A DNA stretch of 64,000 nucleotides, from contig UYFQ01000032.1 of assembly GCA_900617105.1 (NCBI GenBank), positions 434,001 through 498,000 on the forward strand, given 5' to 3'. Shown in pieces: positions 10,471 to 22,292 of the stretch. The position numbers and the translations under genes were made by a program. This stretch comes from Hydrurus foetidus. Taxonomy: Eukaryota. The notes under the pieces were generated by a model. The model was not told the origin of the DNA and did no database searches. It saw only the letters and a program-made list of their open reading frames with translations. Every line of letters begins with the position of its first letter. Position 1 is the first letter of the stretch.

Positions 10471-11409
10471 ATGCAGACCACAGAACGCAACTTTGCCCGC
10501 CGCATTGACCTCACCTCGCTACAGCTGTTTGTAGCGGTGTGCGATCTCGGCAGCATTGGCCGTGCAGCAGAGCGTGAATTCATCGCGGCATCGGCTGTCA
10601 GCAAGCGTTTGAGCGATTTAGAAACCACCTTGGCAACCCGTTTGCTGGTACGCCATACACGAGGCGTGGACTTGACGCCCGCCGGAGAAAGCCTGCTGCA
10701 CCACGCACGCTCCATGCTCTACAGCCTGGAAAAAATGCAGGGCGAGCTCAGCGAATACGCCTTTGGGGTGCGCGGCCATGTGCGCATCCACGCCAGCATT
10801 TCAGCGGTGGTGCAGTTTCTGCCTGAAGACCTCGGGCAGTTCAGCCGCGAGCATGGGCAGGTCAAAATTGACCTGGAAGAGCACCTCAGCTCCGAAGTCA
10901 TTCGCGCCGTGCAAGAAGGTGCCGCTGATCTGGGCATCTGCAACACCGCTGATGGCGCGGGCGAACTGCAAACGCAGCCTTATCGGCAAGATAATTTGGC
11001 GCTCATAGTGCCTGTATCGCACAGTCTGTCAGCACAGAAAGCTATCAATTTTGATGAAACCTTAGATTTTGACCATGTGGGCCTGAACGCAAACAGTTCT
11101 ATCTACATGGCCATGCACCGCGCGGCTGCAGCGCAGGGCCGCAGCATCAAATTGCGCATCCATGTGGCCGGTCTGGACAGCATGTGCCGCATGATCGCCA
11201 ACGGCCTGGGTATCGGTGTGATGCCACAACGGGCTTTCGAGCTGATGCACCCCACAGGTCTGCTCACCGCCATCCCACTGCTAGACCCCTGGGCGACGCG
11301 CCAGATCGAATTGGTGGCCCGTGATTTTTCCACCTTGCCCGTCACCGCTCGCCTGCTGCTGGCGCACCTGACACGCCGCAACGCGCCCCGCACAACCGCC
11401 ACAACCTAA
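10471..11409 (+). CDS. LysR-family regulator
   Basis: DLTSLQLFVAV...SIGRAA...SAVSKRLSDLE...LTPAG HTH plus substrate-binding domain. Confidence 0.95.
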   Translation: MQTTERNFARRIDLTSLQLFVAVCDLGSIGRAAEREFIAASAVSKRLSDLETTLATRLLVRHTRGVDLTPAGESLLHHARSMLYSLEKMQGELSEYAFGVRGHVRIHASISAVVQFLPEDLGQFSREHGQVKIDLEEHLSSEVIRAVQEGAADLGICNTADGAGELQTQPYRQDNLALIVPVSHSLSAQKAINFDETLDFDHVGLNANSSIYMAMHRAAAAQGRSIKLRIHVAGLDSMCRMIANGLGIGVMPQRAFELMHPTGLLTAIPLLDPWATRQIELVARDFSTLPVTARLLLAHLTRRNAPRTTATT

Positions 11410-11436
11410 AATCAAATCCCCACGAAAGAAACCCCT

Positions 11437-12858
11437 ATGGCACGCACCCTGTACGACAAAATTTGGGACGAACACGTCGTCCACACCGAAGAAGATGGCA
11501 CCGCCATCCTCTACATTGACCGCCATCTGGTACACGAAGTGACCAGCCCCCAAGCCTATGAAGGCCTGCGCGTCGCCAACCGCAAAGTCTGGCGCGTCAG
11601 CTCCGTGGTCTCCACCGCTGACCACAACACACCGACGACAGGCTGGGAAAAAGGCTACGACGGCATCACCGATTTGGTGTCCAAAGAGCAAATCACCACG
11701 CTGGATGCCAACATCAAAGAATTTGGCGCTGCGGCGTACTTCCCGTTTCTCTCCAAACGCCAAGGCATCGTCCATGTGATCGGGCCTGAAAACGGCGCAA
11801 CGCTGCCCGGCATGACGGTCGTTTGCGGCGATTCGCACACCTCCACCCACGGTGCGTTCGGTGCGTTGGCGCACGGCATTGGCACCAGCGAAGTCGAGCA
11901 TGTGCTGGCCACGCAAACGCTGTTGGCCAAAAAAGCCAAAAACATGCTCATCAAGGTCGAGGGTCAACTGGCCAAAGGCGTGACCGCCAAGGACATCGTG
12001 CTCGCCATCATCGGCAAAATCGGCACGGCAGGCGGCACGGGCTACACCATCGAGTTTGCCGGTGCCGCCATCCGCGCCCTGAGCATGGAAGGCCGCATGA
12101 CGGTCTGCAACATGGCCATCGAAGGCGGCGCACGCGCGGGTCTGGTGGCGGTCGATGAGAAAACCATCGCCTACGTCAAAGGCCGCCCTCTCTCGCCTAC
12201 CGGCGTGGAATGGGATCAGGCTGTCACCTACTGGAAAACGCTGCAATCCGACGCCAACGCCACCTTCGATGCGGTGGTCGAGCTGGACGCCAACACCATC
12301 ATCCCGCAAGTCACCTGGGGCACCTCGCCCGAGATGGTGTTGAGCATTGACGACCGCGTGCCAGACCCCGACGCTGAAAAAGATGCCAACAAACGCGGTG
12401 CTATCGAGCGCGCGCTGACCTACATGGGCTTGCAACCCGGCAAGCTGATCAACGACATTCACGTTGACAAGGTGTTCATCGGCTCTTGCACCAATTCGCG
12501 CATCGAAGACATGCGTGAAGCCGCAGCCGTAGTGAAAAAGCTGGGGCAAAAAGTAGCTAAAAACGTCAAGCTCGCCTTGGTCGTCCCCGGCTCAGGCTTG
12601 GTGAAAGCCCAAGCCGAGCGCGAAGGGTTGCATGAAATCTTCATTGCGGCAGGTTTTGAGTGGCGCGAGCCTGGCTGCTCCATGTGCCTGGCCATGAACG
12701 CTGACCGGCTTGAACCCGGGGAGCGCTGTGCCTCCACCAGCAACCGCAATTTTGAAGGCCGCCAAGGTGCCGGCGGCCGAACCCACTTGGTCAGCCCAGC
12801 GATGGCGGCTGCGGCGGCAGTGCATGGGCATTTTGTTGATGTACGCAAGTTCGCCTGA
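11437..12858 (+). CDS. leuC: 3-isopropylmalate dehydratase large subunit
   Basis: [32 protein letters not shown]. Confidence 0.99.
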   Translation: MARTLYDKIWDEHVVHTEEDGTAILYIDRHLVHEVTSPQAYEGLRVANRKVWRVSSVVSTADHNTPTTGWEKGYDGITDLVSKEQITTLDANIKEFGAAAYFPFLSKRQGIVHVIGPENGATLPGMTVVCGDSHTSTHGAFGALAHGIGTSEVEHVLATQTLLAKKAKNMLIKVEGQLAKGVTAKDIVLAIIGKIGTAGGTGYTIEFAGAAIRALSMEGRMTVCNMAIEGGARAGLVAVDEKTIAYVKGRPLSPTGVEWDQAVTYWKTLQSDANATFDAVVELDANTIIPQVTWGTSPEMVLSIDDRVPDPDAEKDANKRGAIERALTYMGLQPGKLINDIHVDKVFIGSCTNSRIEDMREAAAVVKKLGQKVAKNVKLALVVPGSGLVKAQAEREGLHEIFIAAGFEWREPGCSMCLAMNADRLEPGERCASTSNRNFEGRQGAGGRTHLVSPAMAAAAAVHGHFVDVRKFA

Positions 12859-12901
12859 TGGCAACCACCTGCAACTAACCGCAATTACCCGGAAACTCAT
12901 C

Positions 12902-13033
12902 ATGAACACATTTATCCTGTCCTTGACATTGGCTGCAGCGTTCCTGCTCTCAGGCTGCAACACCGTGCGTGGTGTGGGCCAAGACATTCAAAAAGCCGGT
13001 GAAAAAATCGAAGGCGTGGCGACTAAAAAATGA
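12902..13033 (+). CDS. Entericidin A/B-family lipoprotein
   Basis: [33 protein letters not shown]: lipobox LSGC and CNT.G.G.D motif. Confidence 0.9.
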   Translation: MNTFILSLTLAAAFLLSGCNTVRGVGQDIQKAGEKIEGVATKK

Positions 13034-13686
13034 ACAAATTCACCGTACACCAAGGCCTTGTGGCCCCGATGGACCGCGAGAACGTCGATACCGACGCGAT
13101 CATCCCCAAGCAATTTTTGAAATCCATCCGCAAAACCGGGTTTGGACAAAACCTGTTCGACGAATGGCGTTACACCGACCCTGGTTTCCCCGGTCAAGAC
13201 CCAACCAGCCGCAAGATCAACCCGGATTTCGTGCTGAACCAGCCGCGCTATGCAGGGGCTTCCGTGCTGCTGGCACGCAAGAACTTTGGCTGCGGCTCAT
13301 CGCGTGAACATGCGCCTTGGGCGCTGGAGCAGTACGGGTTTCGCACCATCATTGCGCCCAGCTACGCCGATATTTTCTTCAATAACAGCTTCAAGAACGG
13401 CCTGCTGCCCATCGTGCTGCCCGAGGCACAAGTGGCCGCGTTGTTTGATGCTTGTCTGGCCTTCCCCGGCTACGCGCTGACGGTGGATTTGGAGCGGCAA
13501 GTGGTGGTCAAGCCCGATGGCGGCGAGATTGCGTTTGAGGTGCAGGCGTTCCGCAAATACTGCTTGCTCAACGGTTTTGACGACATTGGCCTCACGCTAC
13601 GCCAGTCCGACAAAATCAAAAGCTTTGAAGCCGAGCGCTTGGCTAAAAAACCCTGGTTGGCGCACACCATGCTGCCCGGCGCGTAA
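13030..13686 (+). CDS. leuD: 3-isopropylmalate dehydratase small subunit
   Basis: [24 protein letters not shown]. Confidence 0.99.
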   Translation: MNKFTVHQGLVAPMDRENVDTDAIIPKQFLKSIRKTGFGQNLFDEWRYTDPGFPGQDPTSRKINPDFVLNQPRYAGASVLLARKNFGCGSSREHAPWALEQYGFRTIIAPSYADIFFNNSFKNGLLPIVLPEAQVAALFDACLAFPGYALTVDLERQVVVKPDGGEIAFEVQAFRKYCLLNGFDDIGLTLRQSDKIKSFEAERLAKKPWLAHTMLPGA

Positions 13687-13700
13687 AAAGTCGCTTGGCC

Positions 13701-14000
13701 ATGAAACGTTGGTTCCACCGGGTTGTGCTTACCAGACTCTGGCTCACCTTCTTGGTGCTGGGTCTGAGCTTCTTTCTTTTTGGCGCAGGTACGCTGAATT
13801 TGATTTACCTGTTTCAGGCCAACGCCGGTTTGCTGCTGAACAACGGCTGGCAGGCACTCGTTGACGGTGGTGCGCAGCAACTGGCGGAATTACTGGTCAC
13901 GGGCTACCTGAGCTTGGCCGCTTATGTGGTGTTCAAAACCTGTGAACATCGGCTGTCGCACTGGTTGGCTGAAGCAGACCACGATCATCAAATTAAATAG
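13701..14000 (+). CDS. Small membrane hypothetical protein
   Basis: Two hydrophobic segments; fills the gap between leuD and leuB. Confidence 0.7.
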   Translation: MKRWFHRVVLTRLWLTFLVLGLSFFLFGAGTLNLIYLFQANAGLLLNNGWQALVDGGAQQLAELLVTGYLSLAAYVVFKTCEHRLSHWLAEADHDHQIK

Positions 14001-14072
14001 CACGTTACGCCCATCCAATAAGCACATAAGCGCTTTTGTATATCTCATTTATATCTCCATAAGGTTTTCCCC

Positions 14073-15173
14073 ATGAAAATTGCAGTTCTCCCCGGTGATG
14101 GCATCGGCACCGAAATCGTCGCCGAGGCCGTCAAGGTGCTCAACGTGCTGGATTTACCCTTCGAGATGGAAACCGCACTCGTCGGCGGCGTGGCCTACGA
14201 CGCTTTTGGCCACCCCTTGCCCGAAGCGACTCTGAAGCTCGCCAAGCAAGCCGATGCGATTCTGTTCGGTGCGGTGGGCGACTGGAAATACGATACGTTG
14301 GATCGGCCTTTGCGGCCCGAGCAGGCCATTTTGGGTTTACGCAAAAACCTAGGGCTGTTCGCCAATTTCCGTCCCGCCATTTGCTATGAGCAGCTGGTGG
14401 ATGCGTCCAGCCTCAAGCCCGAGTTGATTGCGGGCCTGGATATTTTGATTATTCGCGAGCTGACGGGTGACATTTACTTCGGTCAGCCGCGTGGTCGCCG
14501 CATCGCCACCGACGGGCATTTCCCCGGCGCTGAAGAGGCCTTTGACACCATGCGCTACAGCCGCCCTGAGATCGAGCGTATCGCCCATGTGGCCTTCCAA
14601 GCTGCCCGCAAACGCAAGGCTACAGGCACCGAAGGGCGCGTCACCAGCGTCGATAAAGCCAACGTGCTGGAAACCTTCCAATTCTGGAAAGATGTCGTGA
14701 CTGAGGTCGGCAAGCAGTACCCTGACATTGCGCTAGACCATATGTACGTGGACAACGCCGCCATGCAACTGGTCAAAGCCCCCAAGAAATTTGACGTGAT
14801 CGTCACCGGAAACATGTTTGGCGACATCCTGAGCGACGAGGCGTCCATGCTGACCGGCTCCATCGGCATGCTGCCCTCGGCCAGCCTGAACAGCAGCAAC
14901 CAAGGCCTGTACGAACCCAGCCACGGCAGTGCGCCGGACATCGCTGGCAAGGGGATTGCGAATCCTTTGGCTACAATCCTGTCAGCTGCCATGATGTTAC
15001 GTTTCTCACTCAACCAACCCCAAGCTGCGGACCGCATTGAATCCGCTGTGAAGGATGTGCTCGCGTCGGGTTTGCGTACCGTGGACATCTACAGCGCAGG
15101 CACCTCCAAGGTCGGCACTCGGGAAATGGGCGACGCTGTGGTTGCCGCAATTACGAAGACAACCAAAGGCTGA
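14073..15173 (+). CDS. leuB: 3-isopropylmalate dehydrogenase
   Basis: [43 protein letters not shown]. Confidence 0.99.
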   Translation: MKIAVLPGDGIGTEIVAEAVKVLNVLDLPFEMETALVGGVAYDAFGHPLPEATLKLAKQADAILFGAVGDWKYDTLDRPLRPEQAILGLRKNLGLFANFRPAICYEQLVDASSLKPELIAGLDILIIRELTGDIYFGQPRGRRIATDGHFPGAEEAFDTMRYSRPEIERIAHVAFQAARKRKATGTEGRVTSVDKANVLETFQFWKDVVTEVGKQYPDIALDHMYVDNAAMQLVKAPKKFDVIVTGNMFGDILSDEASMLTGSIGMLPSASLNSSNQGLYEPSHGSAPDIAGKGIANPLATILSAAMMLRFSLNQPQAADRIESAVKDVLASGLRTVDIYSAGTSKVGTREMGDAVVAAITKTTKG

Positions 15174-15248
15174 TCCAGCCCGGTTCGTCACGCCCTTCCC
15201 GGCTCGACGAGCCGGGGGTTAAAAATCATTTTTTAAAAAGGCGATGAC

Positions 15249-16412
15249 ATGAAAGTAGGAAATCTCGTAGGTTTGGTCGGATGGCGCGGCATGGTCGGCT
15301 CCGTGTTGATGGACCGTATGCAGGCAGAGGGCGACTTTGGCTTGATCGAGCCGGTCTTCTTCTCCACCTCTAACGCGGGTGGCAAAGCCCCCGCACAGGC
15401 CAAGAACGAAACCACCCTCAAAGACGCACACGACCTGGCTGCCCTGGCCAAGTGCGACATCATTCTTACAGCCCAAGGCGGCGATTACACCTCCGAGGTC
15501 TACCCCAAGCTGCGTGCTACGGGCTGGAACGGCCACTGGATTGATGCGGCATCCACGCTGCGTATGAATGACGATGCCATCATCGTGCTCGACCCGGTAA
15601 ACCTGCCCGTCATTCAAAACGCCCTTGCCAAGGGGGGCAAAAACTGGGTCGGTGGGAATTGCACCGTCAGCTGCATGTTGATGGGCGTGGGTGCGCTGTA
15701 CAAGGCTGGTTTGGTCGAATGGATGACAAGCATGACCTACCAAGCCGCATCCGGTGGTGGTGCCCAGCACATGCGCGAGCTGCTGACGCAGTTTGGCACG
15801 CTCAACACCGAAGTGCGCTCTTTGCTGGACGACCCCAAGTCAGCTATCCTGGAAATCGACCGCAAAGTGCTGGCCAAGCAGCAAAGTCTGAGTGCGGCTG
15901 AAACCGCCAACTTCGGCGCCCCCCTAGGTGGCTCACTGATCCCGTGGATCGACAAAGATTTGGGGCTGGGAAAGTTGCAAGACGATGCCGAATGGGGCAT
16001 GAGCAAAGAAGAGTGGAAGGGCGGCGCAGAGACCAACAAAATCTTGGGCCAAGGCGCTGGTTTTGGCACCCCTGCCACCCCGGTCGATGGTTTTTGCGTG
16101 CGTGTGGGCGCGATGCGTTGCCACAGCCAAGCCCTCACCTTCAAGCTCAAGAAAAACGTACCCTTGGCCGACATTGAAGCACTGATCGCCCAAGACAACG
16201 CCTGGGTACGCGTGGTGCCCAACACCCGTGAAGCCACCGTGCGTGACCTGACACCCGTCACCGTCACCGGCACGATGGGTATTCCGGTGGGCCGCATCCG
16301 CAAACTGGCGATGGGGCCAGAGTACGTGGGTGCCTTCACCATTGGCGACCAGTTGCTCTGGGGCGCTGCCGAGCCATTGCGCCGCATGCTGCGTATCTTG
16401 TTAGAGGCTTGA
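15249..16412 (+). CDS. asd: Aspartate-semialdehyde dehydrogenase
   Basis: [34 protein letters not shown]. Confidence 0.99.
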   Translation: MKVGNLVGLVGWRGMVGSVLMDRMQAEGDFGLIEPVFFSTSNAGGKAPAQAKNETTLKDAHDLAALAKCDIILTAQGGDYTSEVYPKLRATGWNGHWIDAASTLRMNDDAIIVLDPVNLPVIQNALAKGGKNWVGGNCTVSCMLMGVGALYKAGLVEWMTSMTYQAASGGGAQHMRELLTQFGTLNTEVRSLLDDPKSAILEIDRKVLAKQQSLSAAETANFGAPLGGSLIPWIDKDLGLGKLQDDAEWGMSKEEWKGGAETNKILGQGAGFGTPATPVDGFCVRVGAMRCHSQALTFKLKKNVPLADIEALIAQDNAWVRVVPNTREATVRDLTPVTVTGTMGIPVGRIRKLAMGPEYVGAFTIGDQLLWGAAEPLRRMLRILLEA

Positions 16413-16648
16413 TCCGCGCAGGGCTAAGACAACCCCCACGCGTGAGTTGTTCATCGTTGCATACAGGCAACAGTGCAACGGGTTCTGTCAACCCTGTACA
16501 TTGCAGGGTTGACTCTCACCTAACCCGTCAGCTTGTCAGGCTAATACATTGATGCTATGGTGTATTTCCGATTTGCGTGACAAGACTTATGGCCTGCCTG
16601 ATGATAGAAAAATTGCCTACAGCCCCTTTCAGGAAGACCCATTCAACC

Positions 16649-19423
16649 ATGGCACCAAGACCTTGGCCTCTGCGATTCACCGCCACCGCCGTAGTCGCGG
16701 CCTGCTTGGCACTGCTCGGGCAAGATGCGCATGCACTGGCCATGGGCCGTATCAGCGCGCAATCAGCCCTGGGTGAACCCCTGCGTGCTGAAATTGAGGT
16801 GCCTGACATCAATCCGGACGAAGCGAGCAGCCTGCGCGTCGCGCTAGGCTCCACCGATGCATTTCGCCGTGCTGGTTTGGAATACAACAGCGTGTTGTCG
16901 AGCGTGCAAGTCAGCCTACAGCGACGTGCCGATGGCCGCGCATACTTGCGCCTGCTCAGTGACCGCGTTATCAACGAGCCCTTTTTAGACCTGGTGATCG
17001 AGGCCAAATGGTCAGCGGGTCAGCTGGTACGTGACTACACCCTGCTGTTTGACCCCCCTTTAGCGCGGCAAAACGCCGTGACACCTAGCGTCACCGCAGC
17101 ACCGGTGGTATCTCCTCAAGCTGCTGGAGCAGCCATTGCCGCCGCCAGAACTGCGCCGGTGCTGCCCCAACCCCCAGCAATGTCAGCTGCACCTGCCACA
17201 CCGCCAGTGGCCATGCGTGCCAAAACCCCTGCGGCCCCTAAAACCAGCAAAGCACCTCGTGACGACAAACAAGTCACCGTGCGTGCAGGTGACACTGCCA
17301 GCAAAATTGCCAACGCGGTCAAGCCGACGGCCGTGTCGCTGGACCAAATGCTGGTGGCCCTGCTGCGCACCAACCCCAACGCCTTCACCGCCGGCAACGT
17401 CAACCGCTTGAAAGCTGGGGCAGTGCTGGACATGCCCAACGCCGATGCAGCCACGGCCACGCCTGCGGGTGAAGCCAGCCAAATGGTGGTAGCCCAAAGC
17501 CGGGATTTCAACGATTTCAGACGCAAGCTGGCAAGTGGCGTCACAGTCGCCCAGGTGGATGCACCCAAACGCACATCCAGCGGCAAAGTACAGACGCAAA
17601 TTCAAGATAAAAAACCCAGTGACGCCTCCCCAGACAAGCTGAGTCTGCAAAAGGGCGAACTCAAAGGCAAAACAGCCCAAGACAAAATTGCCAAAGATTT
17701 GCGCGACAACGATGCCGCCAAGCGCTTGGCGGAACTGAACAAAAACATCAGCGACCTGAGCAAACTGAGCACCCCATCGGCATCTCCAGCGCTGGCAGCT
17801 TCAGCTGCTGCGACAGCCCCCAAAACAGCGGTGCCCGCCTCAGCCCCCGCTACCACGCTTCCTGATTTGCCTGCTGTGGTTTCCAGCGCCAGCAAGGCCA
17901 CGGTGACAACACCCGTTGTGACGGTGCCCACAGCCACAACGACCCAAGCGATCACAGCCACTGCCACAGCGCCCGTTACAGCCACACCCACCGCCTCAGT
18001 AGCCTCAGCCCCGTTAGCCGTTGCTTCGGCACCGGTGGTGTCAGCGTCAGCACCTGTCATGCCTAAACCAGCCGAGCCTGCCAGTACCGCTGAAGCCAGC
18101 GTGGTGTCTGATCTGCTTGAAAACCCTTTGGTGCCCCCTGCAGCAGGGGGCTTGTTGGCTTTGTTGGCTGGTTTAGGTTTTTACAAGTACCGCCAGCGCC
18201 GTAAAAATACGCAGGTAGACAGCTCTTTTATGGAAAGCCGCTTGCAGCCAGATTCGTTCTTTGGTTCCAGCGGTGGACACAAAATTGACACCACCGACGA
18301 TGCCGGGCAATCGGGCTCGTCGATGATGTACTCGCCAAGCCAGCTCGATGCTGGTGCCGATGTAGACCCGGTGGCCGAAGCTGATGTGTACCTCGCCTAT
18401 GGCCGTGACTTGCAGGCTGAAGAAATTTTGAAAGAAGCCCTGCGCATCAACCCCTCGCGTGCGGCCATCCACTTTAAACTTCTGCAAATCTACGCCAAGC
18501 GCCAAGATATAAAAGCCTATGAGGCATCCGCGACTGATGCCTACAAACTCACCCAAGGTTTAGGGCCAGACTGGTCAACCGCCTGCGAAGCGGGTCGAAT
18601 GCTCGATCCCACAAACCCGCTCTACCAAGGCGATAACGTCTCCAGTTTTGCAGACCTTGCAGCCTTGTCTGCGGCTGTTGCAGCCCCCTTCGCAGCGACT
18701 GCCCTGCCTTTTACCGCAACAGACGCGGCACCGCTCACGATAGAAGCCCCAGCCTCCTCCTCTTTTGATTTGGATTTGGATTTGGATCTGGACTTTTCTG
18801 CCGCAGACCACGCGTCCACGCCTGATACCAGGGCCGACACCGCGCCGCCAGACTTCAGCGCTTCCACCTTTTTTGCGGAGCCCAGCGCGGCTGATCGTAC
18901 GGTATCGCTGCAAGCCCAAACGACACCACCACCTGAACCCGATTTGGTCATGGAGTTCGATACCCCAGATGAACCCGAGCCAACAGCCCCCCCCGCGCTG
19001 CCTGAGCTTGACTTTGATGTGCCAGCCCCCTCCACCGAGGACGGCAATGCCATGGATTTCACGCAAAGTGATCTCATTGAGTTGCTCAACACCCCTACCG
19101 GCCCCGTCTCTATTTCTGCGGACTTGCCCAGTGCCGAAAAGAACGAGATGATGGCGTTCGACCTCGACTCACTGTCCTTGGATTTGGACACCCCACCGGT
19201 GGCAGCCACCGAAGCAGCAGAAGCAGTGGACGACGACCTCAGCTTCCCCGAAGACGCGGAAGCCGATGGCGCTGACCCACTCGTCACCAAGTTGGCTTTG
19301 GCTGAAGAGTTCCAAGCCATTGGTGACGACGACGGTGCCCGCACGCTGGCGCAAGAGGTGGTGGACGAAGCCACGGGCAACCTGAAAACCAAGGCCCAGC
19401 GCTTTCTCGCTGAGCTGGGTTAA
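16649..19423 (+). CDS. fimV: FimV/HubP polar landmark protein
   Basis: SALGEPLRAEI N-domain, LysM-like region, TM helix, EADVYLAYGR, C-terminal KLALAEEF...GD..GAR; asd-fimV-truA synteny. Start uncertain (16577 alternative). Confidence 0.93.
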   Translation: MAPRPWPLRFTATAVVAACLALLGQDAHALAMGRISAQSALGEPLRAEIEVPDINPDEASSLRVALGSTDAFRRAGLEYNSVLSSVQVSLQRRADGRAYLRLLSDRVINEPFLDLVIEAKWSAGQLVRDYTLLFDPPLARQNAVTPSVTAAPVVSPQAAGAAIAAARTAPVLPQPPAMSAAPATPPVAMRAKTPAAPKTSKAPRDDKQVTVRAGDTASKIANAVKPTAVSLDQMLVALLRTNPNAFTAGNVNRLKAGAVLDMPNADAATATPAGEASQMVVAQSRDFNDFRRKLASGVTVAQVDAPKRTSSGKVQTQIQDKKPSDASPDKLSLQKGELKGKTAQDKIAKDLRDNDAAKRLAELNKNISDLSKLSTPSASPALAASAAATAPKTAVPASAPATTLPDLPAVVSSASKATVTTPVVTVPTATTTQAITATATAPVTATPTASVASAPLAVASAPVVSASAPVMPKPAEPASTAEASVVSDLLENPLVPPAAGGLLALLAGLGFYKYRQRRKNTQVDSSFMESRLQPDSFFGSSGGHKIDTTDDAGQSGSSMMYSPSQLDAGADVDPVAEADVYLAYGRDLQAEEILKEALRINPSRAAIHFKLLQIYAKRQDIKAYEASATDAYKLTQGLGPDWSTACEAGRMLDPTNPLYQGDNVSSFADLAALSAAVAAPFAATALPFTATDAAPLTIEAPASSSFDLDLDLDLDFSAADHASTPDTRADTAPPDFSASTFFAEPSAADRTVSLQAQTTPPPEPDLVMEFDTPDEPEPTAPPALPELDFDVPAPSTEDGNAMDFTQSDLIELLNTPTGPVSISADLPSAEKNEMMAFDLDSLSLDLDTPPVAATEAAEAVDDDLSFPEDAEADGADPLVTKLALAEEFQAIGDDDGARTLAQEVVDEATGNLKTKAQRFLAELG

Positions 19424-19428
19424 CACGC

Positions 19429-20244
19429 TTGACCGGAGCCTGCGCCCCCCCAACGTCCCCCACGCGCATCGCCCTGGGTGTCAGCTACTCGGGCAGCGCC
19501 TACCAGGGCTGGCAAAGTCAGCTCTCGGGGCTGACGGTGCAAGACAAGCTGGAAGCCGCCCTCAAGCGCTTCACCACGCACAAAGTCTCCACCCTGTGCG
19601 CAGGCCGTACCGATGCTGGCGTACACGGTCTGATGCAGGTGGTTCACTTTGACACCCCTCTCCAGCGCGACATCAACGCCTGGGTCAGGGGCGTGAACAG
19701 CTACTTACCCGCAGACATCGCCATCCAGTGGGCCAGGGCCATGCCTGCCAGCTTTCACTGCCGCGCCAGCGCCATCGCCCGGCGCTACGTGTACTGCCTG
19801 CTCGAATCCCCCGTGCGCCCCAGCGTGGAAGCAGGCCGCGTGGGCTGGACATTTGGCACGCTGAACCTCGCCGCCATGCAGCAGGCCGCCAGCCACCTGC
19901 TGGGCGAGCACGATTTCACCTCGTTTCGCGCCTCCAGCTGCCAAGCGCTGTCACCCGTCAAAACGATGATTCGTATCGCTATTTCTCAGCGCGGCCCCTA
20001 CTGGCGCTTTGAGTTTGAAGCCAACGCCTTTTTGCACCACATGATCCGCAACCTGATGGGCAGCCTGCTGGTGGTGGGGCAAGGCAAAAAACCGCCCGAC
20101 TGGATGCGCGACGTGCGCGATGCCAGAGACCGCGATGCTGCAGCCCCCACGTTCTCGCCCGACGGCCTGTATTTCGCCGGGCCCGTCTACCCTGAACACT
20201 GGGGCCTGCCCACCCAAACCGCTGCCTACGATTGGCTCCCATGA
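19429..20244 (+). CDS. truA: tRNA pseudouridine(38-40) synthase
   Basis: AGRTDAGVHG, GEHDFTSFR, FLHHMIRN. Confidence 0.97.
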   Translation: MTGACAPPTSPTRIALGVSYSGSAYQGWQSQLSGLTVQDKLEAALKRFTTHKVSTLCAGRTDAGVHGLMQVVHFDTPLQRDINAWVRGVNSYLPADIAIQWARAMPASFHCRASAIARRYVYCLLESPVRPSVEAGRVGWTFGTLNLAAMQQAASHLLGEHDFTSFRASSCQALSPVKTMIRIAISQRGPYWRFEFEANAFLHHMIRNLMGSLLVVGQGKKPPDWMRDVRDARDRDAAAPTFSPDGLYFAGPVYPEHWGLPTQTAAYDWLP

Positions 20245-20981
20245 CTGTGCTGTCCACACCCAACCCCAACTACCGTACCCGCATCAAAATTTGTGGATTG
20301 ACCCGCGAACAAGACGTTGATGCCGCCGTCGCCGCTGGTGTGGACGCCATCGGTTTCGTGCTCTACCCGCCCAGCCCACGTTACGTCACCCCAGCACGGG
20401 CAGCCGAATTGGCCCGCAGATTGCCGCCCTTCGTTACCCCGGTGCTGCTCTTCGTCAATGAAAGTACTCCTAATACAATAGCTGCTCTCGAACATACAGC
20501 AAACGCTATAGCCCAATTTCATGGTGATGAATCACCTGAGCAATGCAGGGAAGCCACCCAAAGCGGCAGCACACACCCCTACCTGCGGGCAGCGCGGATT
20601 CCATTGGGCGCAGGCGCAGCCCAGTTTGACTTGGTAAAATTCGCGCAGTCTTATTCAACAGCCCAAGCCATCCTGCTCGACGCGCATGTCGAAGGGTTCG
20701 GCGGCGGCGGAAAAACATTCAATTGGTCACTGCTTCCAGCAAACGTCAATGCTCACCTCGTTTTAAGTGGTGGACTCACACCTGCAAACGTGGGCGATGG
20801 CCTGACGCAGGTACAGCGCTGCTGCGCGCCCGGCTTTAGCCTGGCCGTTGACGTGAGTTCCGGGGTCGAAATGGATGCCGTTGGCGGAGGAACCCGCAAA
20901 GGTATCAAAGACCCTACCAAAATTTTGCAATTTGTCGCCGCCGTCCGCGCCGCTGATAAATTGATAGCAAACACCCTTTAA
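20241..20981 (+). CDS. trpF: Phosphoribosylanthranilate isomerase
   Basis: KICGLT, QFHGDES, LSGGLTPANV, VDVSSGVE; ATGA overlap with truA stop. Confidence 0.96.
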   Translation: MTVLSTPNPNYRTRIKICGLTREQDVDAAVAAGVDAIGFVLYPPSPRYVTPARAAELARRLPPFVTPVLLFVNESTPNTIAALEHTANAIAQFHGDESPEQCREATQSGSTHPYLRAARIPLGAGAAQFDLVKFAQSYSTAQAILLDAHVEGFGGGGKTFNWSLLPANVNAHLVLSGGLTPANVGDGLTQVQRCCAPGFSLAVDVSSGVEMDAVGGGTRKGIKDPTKILQFVAAVRAADKLIANTL

Positions 20982-21032
20982 CAGACAAGCGGCAGTGGCA
21001 CTTTTGGCCCTGTCCGCCAGACAGAGCACACC

Positions 21033-22292
21033 ATGTACCAACAACCTGACCACAAAGGCCATTTCGGCATCTACGGCGGCAGTTTCGTCAGCGAAACACT
21101 GACCCACGCCATCAACGAGCTGCGTGCCGCCTACGCCAAATACCAGAACGACCCTGACTTTTTGGCTGAATTCCACTCTGAACTCAAGCACTTCGTAGGC
21201 CGCCCCTCCCCCATTTACCACGCTGCCCGCATGAGCCTTGAGACCGGCGGTGCGCAGATTTACCTCAAGCGCGAAGACTTAAACCACACCGGTGCACACA
21301 AGATCAACAACACCATCGGCCAAGCCATGCTCGCCAAACGCCTGGGCAAACCCCGCGTGATTGCCGAAACCGGCGCCGGTCAGCACGGCGTGGCCACCGC
21401 CACCATCTGCGCCCGCTACGGCCTGGAATGTGTGGTCTACATGGGGAGCGAAGACGTGAAGCGCCAAAGCCCCAACGTCTACCGCATGAAGCTGCTCGGG
21501 GCTACCGTCGTCCCGGTAGAGAGCGGCAGCAAAACCCTGAAAGACGCGCTCAACGAAGCCATGCGCGACTGGGTCGCCAACGTGGACAACACCTTCTACA
21601 TCATCGGCACCGTGGCGGGGCCGCACCCTTATCCGATGATGGTGCGCGATTTCCAAAGCGTCATCGGCGTTGAGTGCCTGACCCAGATGCCCGAATTTTT
21701 GGGCCAAGACGGCAACCTGGGCCGCCAGCCGGATGCTGTGGTCGCCTGCGTGGGCGGTGGCTCTAACGCGATGGGCATTTTTTACCCTTACATCAACCAT
21801 CAAAACACCCGCTTAATTGGCGTAGAGGCAGCTGGCGAAGGCATGGACACAGAGAAACATTCCGCGTCGCTGCAACGCGGCAGCCCTGGTGTGCTGCACG
21901 GCAACCGCACCTACGTGCTGCAAGACGACAACGGCCAAGTGACCGAGACGCACAGCATCAGCGCTGGTTTGGACTACCCCGGTGTAGGCCCGGAACACGC
22001 CTACCTGAAGGACATAGGCCGCGCCGAATACGTCGGCATCACCGACACCGAAGCGCTGGACGCCTTCCACTACCTGTGCCGTACCGAAGGCATCATTCCA
22101 GCGTTAGAGTCCAGCCACGCTGTGGCCTACGCTATGAAATTAGCCAAAACAATGCGTGCTGACCAGTCGATCCTGGTCAACCTCTCAGGCCGGGGGGACA
22201 AAGACATCGGTACGGTGGCCGACCTCTCGGGTGCCGATTTTTACGACCGCCCTTCGATGCGCGGTCTCACTGTGAAAGGCGGTGCAGCATGA
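21033..22292 (+). CDS. trpB: Tryptophan synthase beta chain
   Basis: [34 protein letters not shown]. Confidence 0.99.
   Translation: MYQQPDHKGHFGIYGGSFVSETLTHAINELRAAYAKYQNDPDFLAEFHSELKHFVGRPSPIYHAARMSLETGGAQIYLKREDLNHTGAHKINNTIGQAMLAKRLGKPRVIAETGAGQHGVATATICARYGLECVVYMGSEDVKRQSPNVYRMKLLGATVVPVESGSKTLKDALNEAMRDWVANVDNTFYIIGTVAGPHPYPMMVRDFQSVIGVECLTQMPEFLGQDGNLGRQPDAVVACVGGGSNAMGIFYPYINHQNTRLIGVEAAGEGMDTEKHSASLQRGSPGVLHGNRTYVLQDDNGQVTETHSISAGLDYPGVGPEHAYLKDIGRAEYVGITDTEALDAFHYLCRTEGIIPALESSHAVAYAMKLAKTMRADQSILVNLSGRGDKDIGTVADLSGADFYDRPSMRGLTVKGGAA

Noticed and set aside
5133..12549. Long antisense ORFs opposite sdhA, gltA and leuC (and similar ones elsewhere)
   Set aside because: Shadow ORFs expected from high-GC codon bias; no recognisable motifs.
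12902..13033. Entericidin gene inside the leu operon as a novelty
   Set aside because: This placement between leuC and leuD is common in betaproteobacteria.
15179..15219. Alternative hairpins between leuB and asd as an RNA switch
   Set aside because: Two left arms can pair with one right arm, but there is no leader peptide or aptamer; likely just a stem-loop.
17770..18800. Ala/Thr/Pro-rich tract and GATTTG hexamer run in fimV
   Set aside because: Low-complexity linkers and DLDL repeats are normal for FimV; frame is preserved.
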